From: Acidobacteriaceae bacterium
Lineage (GTDB): Bacteria > Acidobacteriota > Terriglobia > Terriglobales > Acidobacteriaceae
Length of the DNA: 52,864 bases
Direction of reading: 5' to 3'
NCBI GenBank assembly: GCA_036390355.1
Contig: DASWCA010000016.1
Coordinates: forward strand, 1-52,864
The translations under genes were made by a program, and so were the position numbers. Numbering within the stretch: the stretch's first letter is position 1; every line of letters starts with the position of its first letter. Below the pieces are notes generated by a model. It searched no databases, had not been told where the DNA came from, and saw only the letters and a program-made list of their open reading frames with translations. Shown here in pieces: positions 28,605 through 38,212 of this stretch.

Positions 28605-28905
28605 AAGGACCCTCCAACGCACCGCCCGACACGTTTGGTTCGCTATGGGGGTCAGCGAGGACGTTGGTCGCAAATCGCTTTGACTGCCGAAACGCAGAAG
28701 CCCAGACATCGGAGAGCGTGAACGCTCCTACACCCGCAAGCAGGAGCAGACAAAACCTGATCCACGGGACACCTTCCCAGACTTGCCAGATCGCAGCGCC
28801 ATTGTCCCGAAGAACCAGGATGTCAAGAGCTGTAAGCAGAAACGCAATGGTGAAATCTTTCGACTGTGCTCCCATGCGGACCTCCGTCAACTGCGGAGTC
28901 AGCAT
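28597..28905 (-). CDS. Hypothetical small membrane protein, first gene of the transfer operon
   Basis: 102 aa with two hydrophobic segments. The stop overlaps the MoxR start. Confidence 0.5.
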   Translation of the reverse strand: MLTPQLTEVRMGAQSKDFTIAFLLTALDILVLRDNGAAIWQVWEGVPWIRFCLLLLAGVGAFTLSDVWASAFRQSKRFATNVLADPHSEPNVSGGALEGPYV

Positions 28906-28918
28906 GGTGCATGCCTAG

Positions 28919-29024
28919 AACTCGGTCAAATCGGCGACTTGAATGAACCGGGGTCGGACCCTTCTCCTGCTCCGCAGGAATGCAAACGACTACAAGGGGC
29001 CCCCATAGCAAATTTGACCGAGTT
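28919..29024. repeat. Perfect 13-bp inverted repeat enclosing 80 nt with nested hairpins
   Basis: AACTCGGTCAAAT (28919-28931) and ATTTGACCGAGTT (29012-29024), with an inner TCCTGC-TCC-GCAGGA stem. Confidence 0.75.
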
Positions 29025-29179
29025 TTCGACCTGTCCTACATCTTCCTTGCACGGCCGCAGCAGTACGTCAGCAGACGTCAGCTTCCGCCGAGGCTCATCG
29101 CCCCAGAGCGTCGGAGCTGCGTCAGCCGTATGGCCACACGCGGTAGAACCAGCGCCTCGACGGCAGAAGGGACTGACGT

Positions 29180-29431
29180 ATGGCTGTTTCCGGAGGATCA
29201 CTCAACGCAGTGCCAGAAAGACCGGCTGAAATAGTGTCAAATGGACCTATTGGAAGGCGGCTCCTGAAGCCTGAGGAAGCAGCCCAATACCTGGGACTCG
29301 AAGTGGACACAGTCTACAAGAAATCCAGGTTGCGGGAACTCCCCAGCGTCAAGGTCGGTGGTGCGTTGCGGTTCGATGTGTTTGCGCTGGAGCGCTACAT
29401 CGAGCAACACACGATCAAAACCATTGACTAA
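29180..29431 (+). CDS. Excisionase-like HTH (HTH_17) DNA-binding protein
   Basis: LLKPEEAAQYLGLEVDTVY...LPSVKVGGALRF, directly upstream of the integrase. Confidence 0.85.
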   Translation: MAVSGGSLNAVPERPAEIVSNGPIGRRLLKPEEAAQYLGLEVDTVYKKSRLRELPSVKVGGALRFDVFALERYIEQHTIKTID

Positions 29432-29443
29432 AAGGAGAAGCAA

Positions 29444-30598
29444 ATGTCGATACGCAAGAAAGAGAAAGGAATCTATGAAGTGCGCTGGCGCGAAGGAGGT
29501 CGCCACAAGAGCGCAGAGATCCACGGTTCCGACGAGCTCGCGAAGAAAGTGGAGCGCAAGAAGCTGTCCGTTCGCGACGAGAACAGACACCTCGACGTGA
29601 AGAAGGAGATCCACTACAAGATGTCCGATTTGATCGACCGCTACTGGGAGCACTACGGAAGCAAGAAAGCTTCCGCGGATCGCGAAAAAGCGATCGTGGA
29701 GGGTATCCGGGCTGAACTGGGCCGGATGTTTGTGCGAGAGGTGGACGGCATCGACGTCCAGCGCTGGTACGAAAACCTCACCGGCAAACGCGGGCTGGCG
29801 GAGAACACCGCAGTGCGGCACTTCAACGTCATGCACCACATGATGAAGAAGGCCTCCACGATCTGGTCCAAGGACACAGGTCTCGACCGGAATCCAGCGG
29901 ACATGGTCGAGGTGAAGCGTCCCGACGATACACGGGAACGCTTCCTCTCGAAGCAGGAGCTCCACCGCCTGAAGGTCGCCTTGGACGAGAAGATGTTTCG
30001 GAAGGGGACCAAGGACATCAACCAGACCAATCTTCGGATGAGGCTCATCGTGTTGATCGCCGTATCAACCGGAATGCGCTCGGCCGAGGTACATCGCCTC
30101 CGTTGGTCGGATGTGATGTACGACCAGGAGTTAATCGCGGTCAGGGCTAGGTTGAAGAGGGGCAAAGTACGCTACGTGCCAATGGCGTCGGAGCTGGCCG
30201 AAGAGATTCGGCGGTATCCAACGACCATCGGCGAAGATCGAATCTTTCCGCCGACCAGGGGGGACAAGAGTGGAAGACAACGACTGGAAGGAAGTTTTGA
30301 AGATTTGCTCAAGCGAGCACACATTCGAGACTTCTGGTTCCACGATCTGCGTCACACCTTTGCCTCCTGGTACATGATGAACGGCGGCGATCTCTACGAG
30401 CTGGCAAAGCTTCTCGGTCACGCCAACATCAAGATGACCGAGCGTTATGCCAAGCTCGCACGGGCGCACATCACCAAGACCGGGATCACGGCCAAGGTGA
30501 TCTGGACCATGTTGGACAAGAGAAGTTCACAGGGTGAGTCGTCGGACATGCAGCCTCCGCAGGGTGAGGCAGAGAAGCAAATAGCGCACCCCGCCTGA
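29444..30598 (+). CDS. Tyrosine recombinase / integrase
   Basis: AAGGAG RBS; TGMRSAE, HDLRHTFAS, LLGH and TERY catalytic residues. Ends 71 nt before the tRNA 3' end. Confidence 0.95.
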   Translation: MSIRKKEKGIYEVRWREGGRHKSAEIHGSDELAKKVERKKLSVRDENRHLDVKKEIHYKMSDLIDRYWEHYGSKKASADREKAIVEGIRAELGRMFVREVDGIDVQRWYENLTGKRGLAENTAVRHFNVMHHMMKKASTIWSKDTGLDRNPADMVEVKRPDDTRERFLSKQELHRLKVALDEKMFRKGTKDINQTNLRMRLIVLIAVSTGMRSAEVHRLRWSDVMYDQELIAVRARLKRGKVRYVPMASELAEEIRRYPTTIGEDRIFPPTRGDKSGRQRLEGSFEDLLKRAHIRDFWFHDLRHTFASWYMMNGGDLYELAKLLGHANIKMTERYAKLARAHITKTGITAKVIWTMLDKRSSQGESSDMQPPQGEAEKQIAHPA

Positions 30599-30669
30599 CC
30601 GCGATGTGCGCTATTTGTACGTTGACCTAAACTAGCAACTCTTTGGTTACCGCTAAGTCGTTTAGAATG

Positions 30670-30744
30670 TGGTGGCCAGAGACGGGATCGAACCGCCGAC
30701 GCCGGCCTTTTCAGGGCCGCGCTCTACCACTGAGCTATCTGGCC
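30670..30744 (-). tRNA. tRNA-Phe (GAA)
   Basis: GGCCAGATAGCTCAGTGGTAGAGCGCGGCCCTGAAAAGGCCGGCGTCGGCGGTTCGATCCCGTCTCTGGCCACCA: cloverleaf, GAA anticodon, GTTCGA T-loop, encoded CCA. Confidence 0.97.
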
Positions 30745-31085
30745 TTGGCATGAGAACGCAGGAATCAGGCAGCCAAGAGGAGCCCGTGCGCGAACGCGAG
30801 GAATGACCCGTTTGGCCCTTCGCGGCCTCGCCGGGAAAGTCAACGTCTGTCATGAAATGGCATCCGGGCAGACAAGTATATCCGGCATGCCGTCCAGCGA
30901 TGAACCGCCGGCCAAGCGTCCAGACAAGTATAGCAACCCATCGCGCTACCGCAAAGCAGTAACCCGGCAGCGCCGTGGCCGATTCAACAACCGAAGGGTT
31001 TGCCGGAGCCGATAGCCGCACGGGGTCCTCGCGTTATGCTGGTTATGTCAATCACTTCCTAAGTTGCAAGAAAGCGAGCATAACT

Positions 31086-32777
31086 TTGATCGTTCGTCCT
31101 GCAGCACAGTTGACATCCTGCGCGGCCATCGTCCGGCTGGCGTTTTCGATCGTGCTCAGTGCTGGAGCAGTAGTTTCTGCCGTCGCGCAGAGCACCCACG
31201 CGGCCCAACTCCACGCCCAGACTCCGATGACGCCTGGCGAGGTGCGGGCGGTGCGAGCCTTTGAGGCGGCGAAGACAGCCAAGGCAAACGCGCTTGCCCT
31301 CGCCGCGTTCCTCGAAAAGATGCCCAAGGGGGGCGACCTGCACATGCACCTCTCTGGAGCGGTGTACGCGGAGACCTTTCTCAAAAATGCTGCGGCTGAC
31401 AATCTGTGCGTCAATCCGAAGACACTGAGCTTCGTGAGGAACGCAGGGATGGCTCAGGGCACGTCCGCAGGGCCAGTTTGTCCGGATGGAGCGGTGTCAG
31501 CGGTGAGTGTTTTCCAAGATCAAAAGCTCTATGACGGGCTGGTAGATTCGTTCTCGATGCGGAGCTTCGTTCCGTCGGCGGGCGTCAGTGGACACGACCA
31601 GTTCTTCGCCACCTTCGACCGCTTCAGCGGCATCGACAAGGCGCACACAGGAGAGTGGCTCGACGAAGTAGCCACACGCGCGGCGCAGCAGAACGAGCAG
31701 TATCTCGAAATCATGATGACGCCGAGCTTCTTCGACCTCGCGCCACTTTGGAACTCGCTGGGCTGGCCTGTTGCACCCGCGGGTGTCACACATAATCAAG
31801 AAGGCGATACCACAGGCGCCACGCAGGCTGAACTCGACAAGCTACGAACGCAACTACTCGCCGGGGGCCTGCGCAAGGAAGTCGATGTGGACGCGAAGGA
31901 AGTGGACGATGCGTTGGCCGCGCGGGATCGCATCGAACGTTGCGGCCAGCCGAATGCAGCGCCTGCCTGCTCGGTCAAGATTCGCGTGCTCTACCAGGTG
32001 CTGCGCGCCTTCCCGCCGCAGCAAGTCTTTGCCCAGACGCTGCTGGCGTTTGAAGTGGCCAGCGCAGATCCCAACGTGGTGGGTCTAAACTTCGTCCAGC
32101 CGGAAGACACTTACATGTCTATGAGTGAGTACAACCGGCAGATGCACATGCTGGACTATCTCCACAGCGTCTATCCGAAAGTACATATTTCGCTCCATGC
32201 AGGCGAGCTTGCGCCGGGGCTGGTCCCGCCCGACGGCCTGCGATTCCACATCCGCGAAGCCATCGATCTTGGCCACGCAGAGCGCATTGGACACGGCGTC
32301 GATGTGATGCACGAGGCCGATCCTCATGCTCTCCTCCGCGAGATGGCGGAACGACATGTGATGGTGGAGATCAACCTCACGTCGAATGACGGGATCCTGG
32401 GTATCGTGCCGCCGCACCATCCCTTGCCGGAGTACCGCGGAGCACATGTTCCAGTGGCGCTCTCAACCGACGATGAAGGTGTCTCCCGTATCAACTTGAC
32501 GCACGAGTACGTGCGCGCGGCGTTGGAGTACGGGCTCGGCTATCTTGACTTAAAGGACATGGCGCGCACTTCGCTCGAACACAGCTTCATTGCCGGCGAA
32601 AGCCTGTGGGAGAAGCCTGACGTATTCACGCAAGTCAAAGCGCCGTGCTCAGGACAAGCGCGGGGCACGGCAACGCCCACCGCAGGCTGCGCAGCGCTGC
32701 TGAAGTCCAGCGAGAAGGCCGCGCAGCAGTGGGAACTGGAGCGCCGGTTCTCTGCATTCGAATCCAGCCTGCAATAA
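31086..32777 (+). CDS. Adenosine deaminase family protein with predicted signal peptide
   Basis: MPKGGDLHMHLSG, SLHAGE, RIGHG and STDDEG motifs. Start uncertain (the ORF opens at 30975). Confidence 0.88.
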   Translation: MIVRPAAQLTSCAAIVRLAFSIVLSAGAVVSAVAQSTHAAQLHAQTPMTPGEVRAVRAFEAAKTAKANALALAAFLEKMPKGGDLHMHLSGAVYAETFLKNAAADNLCVNPKTLSFVRNAGMAQGTSAGPVCPDGAVSAVSVFQDQKLYDGLVDSFSMRSFVPSAGVSGHDQFFATFDRFSGIDKAHTGEWLDEVATRAAQQNEQYLEIMMTPSFFDLAPLWNSLGWPVAPAGVTHNQEGDTTGATQAELDKLRTQLLAGGLRKEVDVDAKEVDDALAARDRIERCGQPNAAPACSVKIRVLYQVLRAFPPQQVFAQTLLAFEVASADPNVVGLNFVQPEDTYMSMSEYNRQMHMLDYLHSVYPKVHISLHAGELAPGLVPPDGLRFHIREAIDLGHAERIGHGVDVMHEADPHALLREMAERHVMVEINLTSNDGILGIVPPHHPLPEYRGAHVPVALSTDDEGVSRINLTHEYVRAALEYGLGYLDLKDMARTSLEHSFIAGESLWEKPDVFTQVKAPCSGQARGTATPTAGCAALLKSSEKAAQQWELERRFSAFESSLQ

Positions 32778-32782
32778 CCGCG

Positions 32783-34714
32783 CTACTTCGCCAGTGGCTT
32801 GAGAATATCGTCCAGCAAGTCCGGAGCGCCGGCCACTCGTTCCAGCACTGGGTAGCGTTCGCCGCCGTGGTAGTCCACCTTCAATAGTTTGTAGAATCCG
32901 GAATTCTCGACAATCAGCTCGATCCCGGGTCCGCTGCCTTCCGCGTCGTAAACCGCAGTCCGCAGCAGTGCAGGCGTATAGCTGCGTCCATTCACCGCGA
33001 CCAGCCGCATGTCCGGCCCCAGACCAGCTTTATCGGCGGGACCGCCCTTCAACACGTCTGTCAGAACGCCCGCCGTATTCACGTGCAACCCCAGAGAGAA
33101 CCAGAAATCGACTGTCGTGTTCAGCGTATTTTCCTTCTCGCTCCACGCGCTCGGTTGTGGCGCATAGCTTACCTTGTAACCGCCGCCTTCGATCCCGCCC
33201 AGCGGAGCGTGCGCCTGATTCGTATCCAGCCGCTGTCGCAGGAAGCTCGCCCAATCGTTGGGAACCACCGCGCTCAGCCCGGCGACAACGTCTTCGAACG
33301 TGTACGGGACGACCTTCGGAGACGTGTTCCCACCCAGTCCCTCAAACTTCCCGAGAAAATCATCCAGACTCTTTTTTCCGCCAGACATCTTGCGAATGGT
33401 TGTGTCGACATCGAGCCACACCAACTCGCCCTCCGGATAGAAGTCGACACCGCGCCGCCAGTTGTCCCAGCCACCGCCGGCTCCGTAGAGGACCTGCGCC
33501 ATGGTCGCGGTATCCTGCAGGTTGCGCCACTGACGCCCCGGCCAGTTGTCGAGCGTCGCAGCTTTCTCAGCCAGCATCGCACGGTAGTCATCCTGCGTCC
33601 AGATTCCCGAGCGCGCCGCCAGTACATCGCCCAGGTATTGCGTCAGCCCTTCGTACACCCAGAGCAGATCGTCTTCCATCGGCTTCTGATAGTTGCTGGT
33701 CGCAAGGTCCGCGGGCCTCCGATACTTGCCGTTCCAACTATGCGTGAACTCGTGCGGCAGCAGACTGCCGGCCAGGACAAACCGGTCGGCTTCGATGAAA
33801 GTCTTCGCGGCCATCCGATCGTCGCTCGACTGATGATGCTCCAGGCCAAAGTGAGCGACCGAGTCGCTCAGAGTCACAAGGAAGTGATACTCGCCGTAGT
33901 GCCTGCTCTGATAGAGCGCGCCCGCCTCGCGCACCAGGCGGCTGAAGTTCTCCACACGCTCCGGGGGTAGGGCGAGGTCCTCGGGACCATCCGCGGCGAT
34001 GTCGAGGAAATGCTTCGGCGTCACCTCAGGCGCCAAGGCAATCTCCCTGAAGAACTTGCCTGCTAAAACCGGCGAATCGATCAGCGTCTCCAGGCTCACG
34101 GGCTCGAAGGAGGCCGAATAAGTTTGCGCTCCCACAGCGGGCTGGTCGGTCCTGCGCAGAGCGGTGCCGAACTGCCAGGCCGAGGGCAGCGTGATCGAAG
34201 GGGTCACCCGCAAATCCGAGGCATTCACTCCATCCGGATACAGCACCACGGTGTTCCAACTCAGCATGGCCAGGTTTTCGTTGGTCGACGCTCCGGCCGA
34301 GAATCCAGTCGGCGCTGCAGTGGCGAGAAAGTCCAGCTTCACGGTTAGGCTCGTGCAATTCTCCGGTACGGTCAGGTGGAAGGAGTACATCTCTAGCTTG
34401 TCCCGGTCCCACTTCACCTTGCCGTCGTTTGCGGTGGTACAAGGCTGACCATTCGCTCCTTGTGCCGTTACGATCAGCCCTGCCATGTCATCGATTGGGC
34501 CGGTTGGTCCATGTTCGCCGGGGATCCATTTTGGATAGACCAGCGTCAGCGGTCCCGGGGTCACCCTCGTCGTCTCGGTCGCGTGGATGATCTTTCTCGG
34601 GGCATCTGTCAGATCCACGCTCAGGGTAATCTCTCGCACCGGCGAAACCTGCGCCGTCCCGTTCGCCACCGCAAACGCCAGCAAGCCGCCGGCGAGCATT
34701 CGTAAGCTCATCAT
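32783..34714 (-). CDS. M61 glycyl aminopeptidase with C-terminal PDZ domain
   Basis: YPKWIPGEH, GLEHHQSS, HEFTHSWNGK, LWVYEGLTQY and PDZ (GPADKAGL..VAVNG). Confidence 0.92.
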   Translation of the reverse strand: MMSLRMLAGGLLAFAVANGTAQVSPVREITLSVDLTDAPRKIIHATETTRVTPGPLTLVYPKWIPGEHGPTGPIDDMAGLIVTAQGANGQPCTTANDGKVKWDRDKLEMYSFHLTVPENCTSLTVKLDFLATAAPTGFSAGASTNENLAMLSWNTVVLYPDGVNASDLRVTPSITLPSAWQFGTALRRTDQPAVGAQTYSASFEPVSLETLIDSPVLAGKFFREIALAPEVTPKHFLDIAADGPEDLALPPERVENFSRLVREAGALYQSRHYGEYHFLVTLSDSVAHFGLEHHQSSDDRMAAKTFIEADRFVLAGSLLPHEFTHSWNGKYRRPADLATSNYQKPMEDDLLWVYEGLTQYLGDVLAARSGIWTQDDYRAMLAEKAATLDNWPGRQWRNLQDTATMAQVLYGAGGGWDNWRRGVDFYPEGELVWLDVDTTIRKMSGGKKSLDDFLGKFEGLGGNTSPKVVPYTFEDVVAGLSAVVPNDWASFLRQRLDTNQAHAPLGGIEGGGYKVSYAPQPSAWSEKENTLNTTVDFWFSLGLHVNTAGVLTDVLKGGPADKAGLGPDMRLVAVNGRSYTPALLRTAVYDAEGSGPGIELIVENSGFYKLLKVDYHGGERYPVLERVAGAPDLLDDILKPLAK

Positions 34715-34837
34715 TATTAGCCTCTTAAACAGAGTGTAAATGCAGTTTTCAGGTCATGCTCAATAGACAACCCTGCTTATGGTTAGGCATCACACTTAGG
34801 GCGAGCGGCGCGTGCGCTGCTTGCAAGGAGGTTTCAA

Positions 34838-35242
34838 ATGAATCTTCCAAGAATGAGCTGGGCAGGAGGGGTGGCACTCGTATGCGCGCTGGCAGTGGGC
34901 AGCTCGCTGCCGCTGAAAGCGCAGACAACGACAACAAGGGACCAGACGACCACCACGACGACGCAATCGCAGACCTATGATCCCTCAAACTGGCAGGCGC
35001 CGCGCGGCTATGACGAGGCGTATCCGGAAAGCGGAACGCCGAACATGGTAGCCCGTCAGGGATATGCGGCCGGCTTCAACCAGGGGCAGGCCGATGCCTC
35101 GCGAGGCAAAAAGTTCGAGCCGACCGAATCCGATGCGTATGAGCACGCAACGGCCCCCAAGGGTCTGAGCAAGGATGAATTCAAACAGCAGTTCCGCGAG
35201 GCGTTCGTCAAGGGATATACGAACGGCTACCGGAAGGGCTAA
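34838..35242 (+). CDS. Hypothetical secreted protein
   Basis: AGGAGG RBS, signal peptide, Thr-rich linker and GY..GF..G repeats. Confidence 0.75.
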   Translation: MNLPRMSWAGGVALVCALAVGSSLPLKAQTTTTRDQTTTTTTQSQTYDPSNWQAPRGYDEAYPESGTPNMVARQGYAAGFNQGQADASRGKKFEPTESDAYEHATAPKGLSKDEFKQQFREAFVKGYTNGYRKG

Positions 35243-35271
35243 GCACACCTCATATAACGCCATTGCAACCG

Positions 35272-35308
35272 AAGGGCCGACAAGAACAAGATCTGTCGGC
35301 CCTTTCTC
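35272..35308 (+). terminator. Probable intrinsic terminator
   Basis: AAGGGCCGACA/TGTCGGCCCTT 11-bp stem followed by a pyrimidine run. Confidence 0.55.
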
Positions 35309-35419
35309 TCGTGACGCGGCGATTAGCCATTCTGCCGGATAATACCTGGGAATGGTCTGGCAAGTGGTAGGACCATCGGGGTAAGATGCTCCGAGCGCAA
35401 TTAGGCGTAAGGAGATGCA

Positions 35420-36709
35420 ATGAGAATTTTTGGCAGAGTGTCGTTTGTCGCGGCGTTGGGTGTGGGGTTAGTAGTGAGCATATGTGCTTTGCCGGTCCTG
35501 GCGGCGGGCAAGGTTTGCGACGTGAAGAAATACGGCGCAGTGGGCGATGGCACGACCAAAGATACGGTCGCGGTGCAAAAGGCAATTGACGACTGCACCG
35601 CAGGCAAGGGTGGCGGGACGGTCGAAGTCCCCGCCGGAACATTTGTCATCGCGCCGATCCTGCTAAAGAGCAACATGACGCTGCATCTGCAAAAGGGCGC
35701 GACGCTCCTTGGTTCGCCGGACATTCCGGATTTCCCGAAAGGGACGTTCGCGCGTCATCCGACCATCCAGCCGCTGGTTAGCTCACTGAACGCAGAGAAC
35801 ATCACGATCAATGGCGAAGGCACGATCGACGGCAACGGGCACGTTTGGTGGGAGTACATCCGTGGGGCCAGGGATGCGGGCGTGTTGGGAAACGCGAGGC
35901 CGCGGCCGATGCTGGTGGTCTTCGACCACTCAAAGCACATCAAGATGGAAGGCGTCACAGTGCAGAATTCCGGATTCTGGCAGATCGTTCCGTACTATGC
36001 GGATGACCTGGTGTTTCGCAACATCCGCGTCCTGGCGCCACACTCGCCAAACACAGATGCGATCGATCCGTTCAGCTCGAGCAATATTGTGATCGACCAT
36101 GTGTTTGCGAGCGTGGGAGACGACAACGTCGCGATCAAGAGTGGGGAGATCAACTCGCCCGGCCCGGATGCGCCGAGCAAGAACATCACCATCACCGATT
36201 GCACATTCGAGAATGGGCATGGCGTTTCGATTGGCAGTGAGGTCGCCGGAGGCGTGCAGAACGTCCACGTAGAGCGCGTCAGCTTCAAAGGGACGGACCA
36301 GGGCATTCGCATCAAATCGAACCGTGACCGCGGCAACGATATCAGCAACATTTCGTTCAAAGACATCACCATGGATGGCGTCAAGACGTCGATTCTGATC
36401 AGCGAGTACTACCCGAAGGCGATGCCGGATGGTCCAGTGGCGGCAGCCGAGGTGCAGCGGCTGACTCCCCACTTCCACAACATACGGATCGAGAATGTGA
36501 AGAGCATTAACAGTGCGTGGGCTGGTGTGATCGTTGGCCTGCCCGAGTCGCACGTGGTCGATATCGAGCTGAAGAATGTCGACATCCAGGCCACAAAGGG
36601 CTTCCAGGTCGGGTACGCGGACGTGAAGACCGACGGGTTCAAAGTGACGACGACCGACGGCAGCAAGCCGGTCACACTCGGAGCCGATGGTGTGGTGACT
36701 CCGAAATAG
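35420..36709 (+). CDS. GH28 polygalacturonase
   Basis: YGAVGDG, SPNTDAID, GDDNVAIKSG, GHGVSIGS and RIKS motifs plus a signal peptide. Confidence 0.93.
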   Translation: MRIFGRVSFVAALGVGLVVSICALPVLAAGKVCDVKKYGAVGDGTTKDTVAVQKAIDDCTAGKGGGTVEVPAGTFVIAPILLKSNMTLHLQKGATLLGSPDIPDFPKGTFARHPTIQPLVSSLNAENITINGEGTIDGNGHVWWEYIRGARDAGVLGNARPRPMLVVFDHSKHIKMEGVTVQNSGFWQIVPYYADDLVFRNIRVLAPHSPNTDAIDPFSSSNIVIDHVFASVGDDNVAIKSGEINSPGPDAPSKNITITDCTFENGHGVSIGSEVAGGVQNVHVERVSFKGTDQGIRIKSNRDRGNDISNISFKDITMDGVKTSILISEYYPKAMPDGPVAAAEVQRLTPHFHNIRIENVKSINSAWAGVIVGLPESHVVDIELKNVDIQATKGFQVGYADVKTDGFKVTTTDGSKPVTLGADGVVTPK

Positions 36710-36772
36710 CGTGTGCAGACCAACGAACGATGAGGCTGGCGGCTATGATAGCGCCAGCTTTTCGTCGTGGGA

Positions 36773-37078
36773 TCAGGCCAGATGGATCAGAAGCGCGGCT
36801 TCAGCCTGTGGCGCGGTAAGGCCGGCGATGCGCAGGCTCTTGCTGCGGCTGGTTGCGCCGGTGAGAAGGGCTATCCGCGCTCGCGGAACGTTCAGGCGCT
36901 CTGCAAGGAAGGCGATGAGCGCGTCGTTGGCTCGGCCGTCGCTGGGCGGGGTGGTGAGCGAGATCTTCAGCGCGCCGTCGTGGACTCCCGTGATGGCGTT
37001 CTTCCGGGCGCCAGGATGAACGCGCACGGCCAGGACGCAGCCGTCTGGAGTATCCCGGATTGTGATCGGAAGAGTCAT
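36773..37078 (-). CDS. yggU: DUF167 / YggU family protein
   Basis: VRVHPGA, PPSDGRANDAL and GATSRSK. Coupled to yggS. Confidence 0.9.
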   Translation of the reverse strand: MTLPITIRDTPDGCVLAVRVHPGARKNAITGVHDGALKISLTTPPSDGRANDALIAFLAERLNVPRARIALLTGATSRSKSLRIAGLTAPQAEAALLIHLA

Positions 37079-37809
37079 TGGTTCGTCGCTTCGGCGGCCG
37101 GGTACTGTCGCTTGCCGAACAGCGCAGTGCCGATCCTAATGCAGGTGCTGCCTTCCTCGATGGCGACTGCGAAGTCGTTGGACATGCCCATGGAGAGCTG
37201 TGTGAGCGTAGGGCAGCCGGCGAGCGAAGCATTGCGCAAACGGCGGAGCTCGCGGAAGTAAGGCCGTGCCGGCTCGGGATCTTCGGACCACGGCGGCACA
37301 GTCATCAAGCCGACCGGAATGATCGATTCGAGCGGCGCGAGCGCTGCGAGCAGGGCTGGAAGTTCGGCGGGAGAGATGCCATGCTTCGACTCCTCATGGC
37401 TGAGTTTGACTTCAATCATGATCGGAAGTTTTTTGTTGAGGGCACCCGCAGCCGTGTTAAGGCGAGTGGCAATCTTGAGCGAATCGACCGAGTCGATGGC
37501 GTGAAAGAGTTCCGCGGCGCGCGTGGTCTTATTGGACTGAAGCGGGCCAATGAGGTGAACCTGCGCAGAGTTCGAGTTCTCCGGCGAGGCGGCAAAGAGT
37601 TCGGACATAGCGGGAAATTTTTCCTGCCATTCCTGCACACGGTTCTCGCCAAACAGGCGCAAACCCGCGTCAAAGGCCTCCATTACAGTTTCAGCGGGAT
37701 GCATCTTGGTAACGGCCATCAGCGCCACTTCGGTCTCGGGACGATTGGCGTGACGGCACGCGTCGGCAATTCGTTCCCGTATGCGGGTTAGATTTAAGGC
37801 AAGAGACAT
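37075..37809 (-). CDS. yggS: PLP homeostasis protein YggS/PLPBP
   Basis: AVTK, FGENRVQE, HLIGPLQSNK, GLMT, LSMGMS and RIGTALFG. Confidence 0.95.
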   Translation of the reverse strand: MSLALNLTRIRERIADACRHANRPETEVALMAVTKMHPAETVMEAFDAGLRLFGENRVQEWQEKFPAMSELFAASPENSNSAQVHLIGPLQSNKTTRAAELFHAIDSVDSLKIATRLNTAAGALNKKLPIMIEVKLSHEESKHGISPAELPALLAALAPLESIIPVGLMTVPPWSEDPEPARPYFRELRRLRNASLAGCPTLTQLSMGMSNDFAVAIEEGSTCIRIGTALFGKRQYPAAEATNQ

Positions 37810-37861
37810 CGTAATAGCATCTTATGAGCTTTCAGGAAAACAGTTCTTCGGAGGATTTGGG

Positions 37862-38203
37862 ATGGGCGTTCGTGTGTGGCCAATAATGCTGCTGATTGGT
37901 TCGAATATTTTTATGACCTTCGCCTGGTATGGGCATTTGAAATTCAAAGAAGTTGCGCTGTGGAAAGTGATCCTCGTGAGTTGGGCGATTGCACTGTTCG
38001 AGTATTGCCTGCAGGTGCCGGCGAACCGCCTCGGATCACAGAGCTACTCTCCCGACCAGTTGAAAGTGATCCAGGAGGTGATCACGCTCAGCGTGTTTGG
38101 AGTCTTCTCGGTGTATTACTTCGGCGACCGCCTGCACTGGAACCACGCGGTCGCCTTCGGATGCCTGGTGCTCGGCGCCTTCTTCATGTTCCACAAATTT
38201 TGA
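37862..38203 (+). CDS. DMT family (DUF486) membrane protein
   Basis: SNIFMTFAWYGHLK, SWAIALFEYCLQVPANR and QLKVIQEVITL. Confidence 0.9.
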   Translation: MGVRVWPIMLLIGSNIFMTFAWYGHLKFKEVALWKVILVSWAIALFEYCLQVPANRLGSQSYSPDQLKVIQEVITLSVFGVFSVYYFGDRLHWNHAVAFGCLVLGAFFMFHKF

Positions 38204-38212
38204 TCTGGCCAG

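Larger units (their letters stand above)
14010..30669. mobile_element. Decayed integrative conjugative element / genomic island at tRNA-Phe (left boundary tentative)
   Basis: Integrase and excisionase abut the tRNA 3' end. T4SS remnants (VirB1, VirB9, VirB2), an AbiE TA pair and several deletion-fusions lie inside. The left end is guessed from a 12/15 match between 14010-14024 and 30654-30668; no duplicated tRNA 3' end was found. Confidence 0.6.

Noticed and set aside
28926-29201. 91-aa minus-strand ORF between the transfer operon and xis
   Set aside because: No recognisable motif, overlaps the xis start and spans the inverted-repeat element; more likely regulatory DNA.
1-30669. Duplicated tRNA-Phe 3' end (classical att site)
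   Set aside because: No second TGGTGGCCAGAGAC copy was found by eye. It may be deleted or lie outside the window.
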